Below, one piece after another: positions 24,321-36,351 of a stretch of 64,000 nt of DNA (positions within the stretch are counted from its first letter, which is position 1; each line of letters starts with the position of its first letter). The notes below the pieces were generated by a model, which was given only the letters and a program-made list of their open reading frames with translations, was not told the origin of the DNA and ran no database searches. Both the position numbers and the translations under genes were made by a program. The stretch comes from Squalus acanthias (Eukaryota), in contig CM059432.1 of NCBI GenBank assembly GCA_030390025.1, positions 52,516,001-52,580,000 of the forward strand, given 5' to 3'.

Positions 24321-25212
24321 GGGGGGAAAATTCAGTTGGTTGCGCCTCCCGTTAGCGCCTTAAGAGGGCGCTAATGGGGCGCAAAGCATCTAGCGCCCAG
24401 GCGCGGCGAAGTTTGCGCCGCTCGCGAAATTAACTAGACATTTTGCGGCGGCGCTAAACACTACCGCCACGATCTCCTGCGCCGGCAGATCATGACATCA
24501 CTCGAGTGCTCAACGCCCCGGTATCGCCCCGGAGCGGATATTGAGTGGCGCCCCCTGCCTTACCGCCTGACGCTAGCAACGACAGGTTGAGGGGAGCGTT
24601 CTGCAGTCATGAAGGGAAAGGGGGAGCGCTATTTAAAGGTGACCGCTTCCTGCCTTTTATTGTTGGTGCCATTTTTGAGCTACGCATTCTGAGAGAGAGA
24701 GGGAGAGACTTCTGGAGAGATTCAACGTTGTGTGAAGGAGTTTTGGGTATGAGCAGCACTTTGCAGGGTCATTTTGATTTGCCATTCCTTGTATCGATTT
24801 AGCAGAGACTGTGGGGGCTGCACTCTGAGCTCTTTGCCTGGTACTCTCCATTGTTCTTTCTAGCACATTTGATGTGCAGGTCTCTCCAGGCTGAGATTCA
24901 AGGCTGCAATGAGCAGGATGTGGATGGAAAGCAAGATTAACCATCCCCTTTAAGAACTGGCCCGTGCCATTGTGTGTGTGTTCCATTGCTGACTGACATC
25001 ACATGAGCTTCGCCAGCGCTCTGAGGTAGCGCCTCACTCCTCGGCCTTTGCGCCTTAAGACAGGTGTGAAGCACCTGATTTAGCGCTGCAATCACCTCCA
25101 GGGGCGATAAAAGTCAAGTTTGCAGTCGGTGGCGATAATTAGCGCCAGGTGCTAATCTTTGTGCCCGGCCGATAATTGCGCCCCAAATGGGGCGATACTG
25201 AATTTCTCCCCC
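24321..25212. mobile_element. PIF/Harbinger-like MITE, family A copy 2 (inverted relative to copies 1 and 3)
   Basis: TIRs GGGGGGAAAATTCAG / CTGAATTTCTCCCCC with TTAGCGCC motifs. Confidence 0.7.
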
Positions 25213-25642
25213 ATCATACCTACCCTGTCACTTCCAGCACAAAATCTTGGAAGTGGTGGAAGACAGCAGGGAACCAGTACAGTGTCTTCTGGAGAATTTC
25301 CTGCCGCATCCTGCTGAGAAATCTCAAACAGAAAACTCTGCCCTCAAAGTCTGGAGATCAAAGCAAGCCCGAAAACTAGTGCCACAAAATGGTGAGATAC
25401 AGATTGATGCCAGTAGTTCCCACATATTGAGCTTTCAATCTCAACTGAAGAACTGAGAGAAGGTCCGAGCAGAGGGAGGAAGGAAAGCCGAACGGCAAAT
25501 CACCTCCCTGTCGGTGGTTGCAGAGCAGCACTGGCAGAAATCTGAGCGTCCTTCCTTTAGTTGCAAAATGGTTCACAGAATGAGGAGACCTTTAAATAAA
25601 GCTGCTTTTTATTTTGTTTCAAACTTCCTTTCTGCTTTTCAG

Positions 25643-25787
25643 AAATATAAAATAACGGTGGATCATAAAACTGGTTTAGTGGAAATGATAATGGAGAAAT
25701 TGGAGGATATAGATGAAGGCACTTTCACTGTACAGCTCCAGGATGGTAAAGCAAGTAACCAGTCTAGTCTGGTTCTGATTGGAGATG
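25643..25787 (+). CDS. MYOM1: Myomesin-1 exon, Ig My10 C-part
   Basis: tttcag|AAATATAAA ... GATG|gtgagt; KYKITVDHKTGLVEMIMEKLEDIDEGTFTVQLQDGKASNQSSLVLIGD. Confidence 0.96.
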
Positions 25788-27234
25788 GTGAGTCTTTTTA
25801 CTGCTTTTGTCTTCCTGAAAACAAATGCCAATCACAAACAGCAGAAATAGGACCCCATGGATGCACTGAGCATTTCTACACTAAAGAAGATTCGAATTTT
25901 AAATGCTACAATTATTAATGGCACTTATAGATCACCTCCAAGTGTTTTTCTAAAAATGTTGTACTTACAGTCTTTGTTTACAGTGCCCAATTTATGACTT
26001 GTTGGCCGAATGCAGATGACTCCAGCATTTCATCCTACCTGCCGTGCCTTTACACTTTGTGGCCTGAAGAGTAGTTCTTGGTTCTCAGTAAGCACCACCT
26101 GGTACAGTTTGCCCTGCCTCTTTTCCCCTGAGCACCGTGTCCTTAGGGTTGTTGTGTGGCATGATAATGAGCTCACAGAATCAGATGGGAAAATGAAGCA
26201 GAACAATGGCGCAAATGACTACCATTTGCACAGCACAGCCCCCCACCCCCCCCACCCCAGCACCTCCCAGCCAAGATCCCAGTGTGCCTCCTCTTCCCCA
26301 TGTGCAAGGGGCCAATCCAGTTTTTTTTCAAATAACCTTTTCTTGGGGTGTCCAGTCCTTTGACCCTTCAGTGGGACCCACTTGTGCCCCTGTGGAGGCT
26401 GATGCACCTCATCTTATTTAGCATTCCAGCCTCAAGTACTACGCCAGCTCCCAACTGTGCCTGGGAAATGCAGACTCCCGGTGTAGCAGTTCCTGCCCCC
26501 GGCTCCACTCACAGACCTCTCCGCCCCAACACCACATGTAGTGGGTGAGCAGAGGTTCTGTCCCTTACAAGGCTGACAGAGAAATGCTCGAATTGGCAGC
26601 AGCCCAGCAGATCCAGGTTCTGCTGATTTTTCGATGGATTTTAGTGGACAGTAAATAAACAGCAGCTCTGACTAGACGTAGATGTTACGCCCTTCGAATT
26701 GTTTTTAAGTTGAGCAATGTTTCAAATGCTTTCATGGGGAAATAAAGGTCCAAACATTAGCAAGTTCTTCACAGTTTTTTTCTCTCTTTTTCATTGTTTA
26801 CACATCAATTCATTTGCAAATGGGAGGAAATTAATGCAATACTGCAATTTTAAGGGAATTTACAAATAGCTTTGCACCTTTTTTGTAATGGTTTACACCA
26901 TGAATAAAATACAGGTCATTTTGACTATGTATATATATATATGTAGATTTAGAGAGAGAGAGAATTCGAGATTATGCAACTATCTATTCCAAAAATTGTC
27001 AAACATCTGAGTAACTCTGTAAAAGACTTCAGTGACACTAATATTAAAGGGAGGAAATTTATTTATAATAACACAACTGCTGCAAAATTTGAAAGTGTAT
27101 TTCAAGCATAATTATTCGACGTCACATTGATTAGTTTTAACAGTGCAAAATGTGGTTTCTTTAATGTGTATAAGAGAGTTTAGTACAATGTTTACAATAT
27201 TCTGGTTTCAAAGTGTTTTTCCTTTTCTTTTCAG

Positions 27235-27294
27235 TGTTTAAGAGTCTGCAGAAAGAGGCAGAATTCCAGAGAGGAGAGTGGATCAGGAAACAAG
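27235..27294 (+). CDS. MYOM1: Myomesin-1 exon, My10-My11 helical linker
   Basis: tttcag|TGTTTAAG ... CAAG|gtaatg; VFKSLQKEAEFQRGEWIRKQ. Confidence 0.96.
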
Positions 27295-28316
27295 GTAATG
27301 GCAAAATCTGATTCATATATTGAGCAGCAGTTAACATATTCTCCTGTATTAATCAATAAATGAAGCCACGATGGGGGCAATGTTAACCCTGCATGCTTGG
27401 TGCAAACCAGGCTGATGGTTAAAATTGCCCAGGAGATTTATCTGCCTATGATCTGCTCTCTTCCCGCAGTCTTCAATTTTAACCTGCTCTTCTGAGCAGG
27501 CGGGAAGGACACCTGCCAGAATCTGGCGGGGTCTTTCTTTAAATATGCAGTTCGGGCTCCGATGATATCATTGGGGCCCGACTGCGATTTTAACCAGAGA
27601 CCTGTAGCCATTGTGGCTTTCACACCATGCCAACCCAGCAGTGAAGAGGAGTCTGGGCTAAAAGAGGCCCGAAAAGGAAACGAGTTTAACTTTCCATGTG
27701 AGGTCCGGAGGAGCTGGCTTGCTTTTCTGGTCCCCACAAAGGAAGGTTAGGGCACCCGTGCCCCGGGATTCCCCCTCCCCGATCGCAAGGCCCTCCCGAA
27801 CCTTCTCCCTGCGACTTAGCAGAGTGCCGAGGTCCGTTCCTTCAGTATCTGGAGGCGTCCTCCTGCCGCCCGACATACTTCTCCCACCCACCGACCAGAT
27901 GCAGCTTCCCACAGGAACCTGACTCCGCCTACACAGATGAAGTCCAGGAGATAAAATCTCCCAGGCCTCACGCTGCCGAGGTGAGAATGATTTGCCGCTC
28001 GCCTCGACCGCCGCCCACACGACTACCGGCCCGAGTTAAAATCGGGCTATTATCCCTACTCCTCAAATCTGGTACGATACGGCTGTTTGTGAAAACCACT
28101 TCATATAACATCATTGCTTCTTATGCAAAACATTATCTACTGGCAAAAAACAAAAATATTAAGAAAATCACTAATGGGCTGTCTTCGAAGGTTAAGCCAA
28201 GATTTAAACTTCGATAGGTGAATTCCATATTTACTAAGTCGGTGTGATAAAGATGTGAATTGATTTTTTTTATTTTGTGCATTTTATTTGTAATGATAAA
28301 TCTTCTATGCGAACAG

Positions 28317-28384
28317 GTCCTCATTTTGTTGAGTACCTTGGATGGGAAGTTACTGATGACTGCAGTGTACTTTTGAAATGCAAG
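28317..28384 (+). CDS. MYOM1: Myomesin-1 exon, Ig My11
   Basis: gaacag|GTCCTCAT ... TGCAAG|gtaaaa; GPHFVEYLGWEVTDDCSVLLKCK. Confidence 0.96.
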
Positions 28385-30169
28385 GTAAAAACAATAATTC
28401 TTACATGTGGTTTAGTTTTCATAGAACATTATTCTAAAAAAACAGTTAATGCTTAAATGTTTAGAGGGCAGCTGGGTATCTTGGCCTGAATAGAAAGATG
28501 GTAGTAGTTTAAAAAAAATAATAATTTGGTTGTAAATTTCCACGTAAAAGTGTTCATGACAACACTAAGAACACTGAGGCAGGGAATTTTCCTCTTTAGT
28601 GGGGACAGAAAATTGCATGGGCATCGGTTTTGCCTGATCCCTCTCCCATTTCTGCGCCAGATGCATTTTCTGCCAGATGTGTCCATCCAAATATGGGTGG
28701 GCACATTTAAATGAGGCAACAGTAAGATCATGCGTCACATTTTGTTATTATGCCCTTAGCAATGCTGGAAGCTAGTAATCCTTGTATATAACAGGTATTT
28801 AGTATTGCTATTGGAGGCACAACAACAAATATGGTGTAAATAACCAAAAGATGATAATAAATGTAATGTGGGGCAACGGATTGGCAGTTCTGCAGTATTT
28901 CCCCCATCTACTATGTGTGTTACCACCTCAAAGAATTGTATGAGATTTATCAAGCACAATCGTCCCTTTTGAAATCCGTGCTGGCTACTTTTAACTATTT
29001 TCTCTATCGAGATTCATGGTAATTTCATCCTTAATTAAAGACTCTAAAAATTTCCCTACCACGGATGTTTAGGCTTCCTTTAAAAAAAATAGGTGTTACG
29101 ATGGCCACCCTCCAGTCCTCTGGCCCATATCCACACTCAATAGAACCCTAAAATAGAATTTCTGGGGTCTCAGCAATTTCCTCCCTCATCTCCCTCAAAA
29201 TCGTAGGACTTTGGCCCTAATCTAAAATTTTCCTTTTATCCATGATAATATTGCTCATCTGCACCTTTAAGCTGCTGCATGCCCCGTCCCCTCCAACGGC
29301 AATCATTTCCCACACCAACCCCACCCCACCCCGCCGCGTCCCCATGGCGAGCCCCAAACATAGGCTAAAACACTAGGCGCGCACCCAAAAATTTCAAAGA
29401 GGCGGAATCCTAGAAATAAGGTCAGTGATGGGGTAAACATCCAGGTGCAAAGCCCACAACTCCAACTTAATGCCAGTGATCCTGCCAAGAGGAAAATCTA
29501 TGCTTCAAAGCATGGGATAACACCGTTTTGAAGTGTAGAACACTATGGAGTTTCAGCAGCTTCAGTAGTTCTACCTCAAGTAGCAGGATGCCTGTGAGTC
29601 TGCGTTTGTAGTTAGTCAGTGGATCAAATTTACCATGCTTCAGGGAAGTGCCCATTAGTCCCCACAAGTACCTAGAGCACAGGAAATTTGAATCTGCTGA
29701 TTTAACTGATAATAAGGCTTCATGTTTGCAGTTTTGCATGGTCCATCACCTGATTACTCTGAGTGGAGTGTCCAAGGTTCGGGATTTTGATGCGCAATGT
29801 ACTCCAGATCCAGGACGTCCAACCTTTAGCTTCAGTAAACAATGGGGTGCTCTACATTTTGGTTATGATTGTGAGGACAACTCCAATCCCCCTGTTGGAG
29901 CCATCTATATGAAGTATGAACTCCTGGGCAGAAACAGAACCTGTGCACAAGCATCCTACAGCTGTTTGAAAGCATGCTCATTGCTTTGCAACTAGGTCAC
30001 CTGATTTAGTGGCTGTTTACTTGTGAGGTCTATTAACAGCAAGGTTTTGTTGTTATATCCATGTGAAGTTTTATTAATAGCCTGCAATTCTAAAAAAAAA
30101 TTGATAACACAGGAGGGAAAATCAGTTCCTATTAACTATCCACTGACCATGATAAAAAGTGTCCAACAG

Positions 30170-30206
30170 AGTTAACGTTTCAGGTCGATGACCTTTCATC
30201 AGAACT
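30170..30206 (-). ncRNA. Minimal type I hammerhead ribozyme motif
   Basis: Reverse complement: AGUU-CUGAUGA-A-AGGUC-AUC-GACCU-GAAA-CG-UU-AACU. Confidence 0.75.
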
Positions 30207-30240
30207 GGAAAAAGTTTTGTACAATCATACCTTTTGTATG

Positions 30241-30989
30241 GGGCTAGAAATTCCCCTCGAGCCCCGTTTGGGGCGCTAAATCAGAAAAGCTGAAAAAATG
30301 AGTGCCAGGCGCTAACTTCTTCCGGCCTTTCTAAAATTTCCACTTTTTGCTCCAAGAGGGAAGTGGAGCGCTAAATCAAGCACTCCACTTTCTTTTTGGA
30401 GTGCAAGAGTGGGGAAAGTTCGTGACACGGGGCGCACCCTGGGCAATGTGCTCAGCAGCGCCACACACTGGGCTGCGTGGTGCTGACGCGTTGCAGGGGC
30501 TCTTCCCTGAATTAAAGGGAAGGGCCCCATGCTGCGAACTCTGCAGTTTGTTTTTTTAACTTACCTGCAGCACCAGGGAGCGGGCGTGCCGCGCGATCAC
30601 GGCACGGACCCTGCGCCCGGAGCAAAAAAAAACATTTTTCAAAAAAGCCAACATTTTTTTCAGGGCAGCCGGCCACCTCACCTTTATCTTCCGCCCCGCT
30701 AGCGGCCGGCCGCCCTGCTCACGTTCCCTGCAGCAGTCGCTGCCATTGCCCGGCGCTGCTGCAGGGGGCGAAGGGGAATTTTTCTGCCGGCGCGCTACCG
30801 GGTCAATGCTCCCGGAGATGATGTCATGATCTCCGGGCGCATGAGATCGGGGTGCAACCCGGTAGCGCCGCTGCTAACCTCTTGTGGAATTTGGCGGGAG
30901 GCACAGTCAGCGCCACGGCCAGGCGAAAAGGCCTTTGCGCCCCGTTAACGCCCCCCATGGGAGGCGCAAAGGAGGGGAATTTCTCCCTC
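30241..30989. mobile_element. PIF/Harbinger-like MITE, family A copy 3
   Basis: TIRs GGGCTAGAAATTCCCCTC / GAGGGGAATTTCTCCCTC. Sits between two inverted Penelope-derived arms. Confidence 0.75.
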
Positions 30990-31240
30990 TTAATCTCTCC
31001 TGTCTTCCAACCTATCACAGACCTTCCCTTTTATTCTTTCCTCCCCTCCCCCCTTTCCCTGCCTCTGCACTTGCTAAAAATCTGTTACATCTCTAACTTT
31101 TTCCAGTTCTGACGAAAGGTCATCGACCTGAAACGTTAACTCTGTTTCTCTCTCCACAGAAGCTGCCTGACCTGCTGAGTATTTCCAGCATTTTCTGTTT
31201 TTATTTCAGATGTCCAGCATCTGCAGTTGTTTGCTTTTGT
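30990..31240 (+). mobile_element. Penelope-derived terminal repeat arm
   Basis: Reverse complement of the 9856-9960 arm, ending GCATCTGCAGTTGTTTGCTTTTGT. Confidence 0.75.
31105..31141 (+). ncRNA. Minimal type I hammerhead ribozyme motif on the MYOM1 sense strand
   Basis: AGUU-CUGACGA-A-AGGUC-AUC-GACCU-GAAA-CG-UU-AACU. Confidence 0.78.
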
Positions 31241-31637
31241 ATAAAAAGTGTGCATATGCATTGGATCTTGGGTAAGGATGGGACCAGGCTTGGCTGTGAT
31301 GCTCTCCATTGTTTAATAACCTGCTGACAGTCAGGCCACAAAATTGCATTAGCCATGATCCTAACATTCAAGCTGGGACTATGTCCACCAGAAGCCTGCA
31401 GCGCTGACCTAGTCGGAGTATGCGGGGTCAGTGGGAGGTCCTGTAATATAAGTATGGCAGGCACACTTGCTACTAAGGCTGCATCTTGGCCACCTGCCAG
31501 CCAACACTGGCCAGGAAGTCTGGCACCTGCTACCATCCTTCCGCCCCCACCTGCCCCGCCCCCCCCCCATGCCAAAAAAAGTGGGCCATTAAAAGCAATT
31601 ACAAAATGAATTACCTTTGTTCAAGAGTTCAGGCCAC

Positions 31638-32122
31638 TTGGAGTGCAGCTCCAACAACACTCAAGAAGCTCGACACCATCCAGGACAATGCTTGATTGGC
31701 ACCCCATCCACCACCTCAAACATTCACTCCCTCCACCACCGGCGTACCGTGGTTGCAGTGTGTACCATCTACAAGATGCACTGCAGCAACTCTCCAAGGC
31801 TTCTTCGGCAGCACCTCCCAAACCTGCGACCTCTTCCACCTAGAAGGACAAGGGCAGCAGGCGCATGGGAACACCACCACCTCCAAGTTCCCCTCCAAGT
31901 CACACACCATCCTGACTTAGAAGTATATCGCCGTTCCTTCATCGTCGCTGGGTCAAAATCCTGGAACTCCCTACCTAACAGCACTGTGGGAGTACCTTCA
32001 CCACACGGACTGCCGCGGTTCAAGAAGGCGGCTCACCACCACCTTCTCAAGGGCAATTAGGGATGAGCAATAAATGCTGGCATTGCCAGCGACGCCCACA
32101 TCCCATAAACGAATTAAAAAAA
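31638..32122 (+). mobile_element. LINE 3' end (RTE-X-like)
   Basis: SAAPTTLKKLDTIQD...HHHLLKGN* with 3' UTR and an A-rich tail. Same family as 17954 and 55604. Confidence 0.8.
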
Positions 32123-32344
32123 ACTAACATGGTTATTGGAGATCGACTGGTGGTCACAGAACCATCGCCCAACATGTGTCAGCATCAAGGGGTAACAAAA
32201 AGGAATTGTTTCATAGAAAATTTGGACAAGGGAACAAAATCAAATACAGAAGTCAAATGCCATTTGCATGAGTTTTTTGTGGAGTATTTCAGAAGGAAAA
32301 ACCAAACAAACCTGTGCTGTAACTTCCCTTTTCTTTCTATTTAG

Positions 32345-32458
32345 GTGGCTAATATTAAAAAAGAGACGTCAATCATCTGGTACAAAGATGATCGAGAGAT
32401 AATGTTTGATGAGAAGCATGACTTCAAGGATGGTGTGTGTACTTTGCTGGTTCAACAG
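32345..32458 (+). CDS. MYOM1: Myomesin-1 exon, Ig My11
   Basis: atttag|GTGGCT ... CAACAG|gtacag; VANIKKETSIIWYKDDREIMFDEKHDFKDGVCTLLVQQ. Confidence 0.96.
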
Positions 32459-32704
32459 GTACAGAAATAATGTTTAACTACATCACTGAGGCTAACACCT
32501 ATATGTCTGTCAGTAGAAGACATCTGAGCTTCATATTGTTCAACCAAATAGATAGTATTATCGCTCCTTAATTTAACCAATCTAGAATAGAAACCTTTGT
32601 CCATCAGTAAGAGATGAAACCAAGGGCCAAGGACACAATGTGGAGTAAAGAGGGTGAGAGAGGCTCAGCAGAGACCATAATTGGGTGGGACCTGGAAGCA
32701 CTGG

Positions 32705-34498
32705 GGGCTGGATTTTGCCGGCGCTCAGAGGTCGGGTTTGGAGGCGGGTCCACTGTCAAAATAGCAAAGATTGACAACGGGTAGAAAACTCGCTGTCAAC
32801 CCGCCTCCACGCGAGCCTCCCAGGTGTCGGGTCTGTCAGCGGAGAACTGACCCGACACCAAGCTGCGGGGGAGACAATGGAGATCATTAAATGGCTTGTT
32901 AAGAGCCAATTTAATACTATTTTGAGGCTTCCTTCCCATTTTACGTGCTCCCCCACAGGTTAGCCGCTGCTCGGGGAACATGCCAGCTCACCCTGGCATG
33001 AGTTGAGTCTGCTCTGATGTATCTGATAAGCTGACAGCTGCAGAAGTGGTGTAAAGGATGCCATGTTGCAGATGGTTAGTTTCAGAGCACAGAAACTGTT
33101 GGTTACTGCATCTGTAAGACTTATAGAGATTTCTTTAGCTTGCAAGTGTTTAGAGGCAACTGTATGTCCAGTGCCGCCTCATTGGAACAACCTCTCTCAC
33201 CATTGACAGATCGCTTCTCTCATCTCACCTGCGGCTGACAACTATTGCAGCAACATCGGTGCCCTAGAAACTATCTCACCTTGCTCCTCTGATTCCTTCC
33301 ACGCTCAGCCCCAACACCAACATCACCAGGCACACCAGCAGCACCAACAACAACACCAACCTTCTCCGCCATCACCTGATGCTGCACAGGACACAGAGCA
33401 TCATCTCCTGACAACATTGCTGCCTGGGAGGCCAGGGTTGGTCTTTCCATGACCAGATTTACTTCACTTGATGCTGCAAACCCTGGCTGCCACATGATGC
33501 GCCAGGTTGACACCATTCCACACCAACACCATAAAGCATCCCTTTAATGTCCAAGCCATTCCATGCACACTCATCACTATATCGGGGTGGTGGGGGGAAG
33601 TTATGTCTCAACATTCACTGGAACTCAGTAAGACACTTCTCAAGGTGCGCACAGATCTGTCCAATAAGGGGCAGTGTTGAAAATATAGATTTCACTGTAT
33701 GACAACACATTACCAGAAACTTCACATGGACATTGGCTAAACCTCTCAAGTGCCTACCCTTGTGTGTTGTTAGTTGGTATGCTTGCAGTAGGATGAGGGT
33801 GAGTGTGAGGGGTGGCTAGTGAGATGGGGAAGTGATAATGTAGATAGAAAGGGATGGGTGGAGGTGCAAGGTAAGTTGGTGTGAGTAAGGATGTGCAGGA
33901 GAAGGGTATGGAAGGCAGAGTGATGGGGATGTGTTGAGTGGCACAGCAGGGTGAGTTTGAGTGTGGTTTTGCAGTAACGTTTCGTGATCCACTGAGATCA
34001 TTGAAAGGTTGGCACCACTGCAGCCAGGGACCCCTGATGACATTCCTGCCTTTGCCCTCCTGTGCAATGTGCAACCAGGCTGTATTGGTGTCCTGGGGAG
34101 GTCTCTTCTGCCCTTGGAAGGGAAGAGAACCTCGCTGCATGCTGTGACTCCCACCATAAGCATATGGAGGGAGTCATTGGAGAGCCTGGGTGCGAGCGTT
34201 CACCTTTGTGCAGTGCTTGTCAGTCTTTGCAGCACCTCAATGCTGTCAAACACTGACAGGACAACTGTCAAACTCAATGTGGCCGTGGTCCCTTTAAGGA
34301 AACTGGCTGATGACGCGTCATCAAATGACGTCATCAGTCCCGCTTCCTGTTAATTGGCTGGGAAGCCAGCAGGACGGGCTTAACAAGGCCAATCAAGGGA
34401 AAGTCCCTTTGACAGAGCGGCTGCAGCCGGGAGCGGGACCGGAACCCGGCATCCAGCTATCCCGCTACCATCCCGCCTCCACTGGGAAAATCCAGCCC
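32705..34498. mobile_element. PIF/Harbinger deletion derivative with a decayed Myb/SANT-like gene
   Basis: Perfect TIR GGGCTGGATTTT / AAAATCCAGCCC and 3-bp TSD TGG. The minus strand at 33980-34195 encodes a frameshifted APRLSNDSLHML..EVLFP..KRPPQDTNTAWLHIAQE..W..FNDL (Myb/SANT-like). Confidence 0.82.
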
Positions 34499-35438
34499 TG
34501 GGTCTCCATGCAGAAGGGCAGCTGGGGCTAATTCCTGCTGGGACATGATGTGGGCAGAGATTCTGTCCAACCCGTAGAAGGTCATGATTTCAAAAGGAGG
34601 GGGCGGAGCTGATGGAATGGTTTAACCCCACTGGGTTTCCGGCAGTTCCTGGCTTCTTTGCACCAGGCAACCTGGGTGCCAGCAAGTTACCAGTGTCCAG
34701 GTCAATGGATAGGTAGGAATGGGGCCCACAGGAGTCTCCAGGCCAAGATCGTGGCCTGGAAGGCTCCTGAAAGGTTTTAATTGGCTGTCAGCAATGGTCT
34801 TTTAAGCTGCTCATCAGAACATTTTTGAAGTGCCATTTGTTTTTCACCCCTTACACAGCAGACACCTGAGAAAGAACTACTAATCAAACATGAATACATA
34901 TAAAACCCACAAAATGCTTCCATTTGAATTGAATGGTTTGGCCTCTCCATCAGAGACCTGACCAAATAAAGGCCTGTAATTCTGCTGGAGTTTTCCTGGT
35001 CTCTGGCTGTAACTTCAGCGGGAACCCCAAGGAAAAACATAAATGGCTGTTTTCAACCATTTATGCCATTTCCCTAGTGGCTTCAACAGTATCCTGTTGG
35101 AGTTACAGCGGGAATCCAATAGAACCTTCACAGAATTTAGAGCCAGAGGGGTTAATCCTAACTGCCCCCTGCCTGGTAGAAACTGGGTGGTGGGGGGCAC
35201 AATTAAAATGCAGATGGGGATTTATCCACTCCATTCCCACCCCAATCTGGCCAAGTGCAGTTTTAAATTGCAGACAGCACAGACAGTTGCCCCAGCTCTT
35301 TAAATATGCAGATTGAGTTCAGATGACATAATCTGGCCAAGCTGCTATTTTTACCCATCGGGGGAGCAGTGATGGCTTCCCTGCCAAACTTCCTCCAAAA
35401 AGTTAATGCACTGAAAAGCACACAGAGGAATCCAGTAC

Positions 35439-36084
35439 TGTAATATATGTAGTTTCTCGACAATGTCTTCAAAAGACACATCCTTCGCTTTCCCTGGCGT
35501 GAGTAGGTTTGTCAGTGTTCTGTAGACATCTGGCCCGATCTCTGTTAGAAAAATTGCTTTTTTGAGCTTGAACATTCTAATCTGCACCTTTGGTCTCAAT
35601 AATGTTATTGGCCTTAAAAAAACATCTCCATCCGTTCAATGTAAGAACTGAGCTCGGTCATACATGTCGAGGCTTCAAATGAATCCCGTAGGTGTGGCCA
35701 TGATTGTCCCGATCCCGTTGAACAGTGACTCAGCACGCTACCTGTGAGAATCATCACTGCTGTTGCTGTGTATATATACACACGAAGGCGAAGCACAGAT
35801 GATTCTGCATCAGCATTAACAGTAAAACATTGCAAAAATTCAGTTTAGGTGTCACAAATTCACCTTAAACTTTTCCACTTGAAGGTTGAACACTGTGTCC
35901 TTCCATGATCCCTAAAAATGGCTTTGGGATCCCATTCTCATCACCAAAAATGTAATATATGTGGGTAGAACAAATGAAGGACAGAGACACGAGTTTCTAG
36001 TTCATGTGCTTGCTTTACTAGGCCAGAGCGAACTGAGCATGCTCATACCAAACCATGTGACAAACCATGTGATAATACATTACA
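35439..36084 (-). mobile_element. Internally deleted Gypsy LTR retrotransposon
   Basis: 134-bp LTR TGTAAT...ATTACA (35951-36084), PBS-like TGGTGATGAG, gag N-terminus (SSYIERMEMFF; KKAIFLTEIGPDVYRTLTNLLTPGKAKDVSFEDIVEKL), a 12-bp remnant of the other LTR and a 5-bp TSD AGTAC. Confidence 0.85.
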
Positions 36085-36236
36085 AGTACGAGCACTGTAA
36101 TCGTTCATGTGGGAACACTGGAGGTCAGAAATTATAGCCCACTATTTCCAATGGCTTCTGACAGTTTGAGTATAATTATGATGTGTATAACCAGCTACGA
36201 TTGTTCCATTAGTCCTGATTTAACATTTGCCAACAG

Positions 36237-36324
36237 TTTTCAAAGAAGGACGCTGGTGTTTATGAAATTGTGTTGAAAGATGACAGAGGAAGAGATTCAA
36301 GTGTGCTCAAACTGCTTGAAAAAG
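36237..36324 (+). CDS. MYOM1: Myomesin-1 exon, Ig My11 C-part
   Basis: caacag|TTTTCA ... AAAG|gtacgg; FSKKDAGVYEIVLKDDRGRDSSVLKLLEK. Confidence 0.96.
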
Positions 36325-36351
36325 GTACGGTTGGCAGACATTAACAATGAG

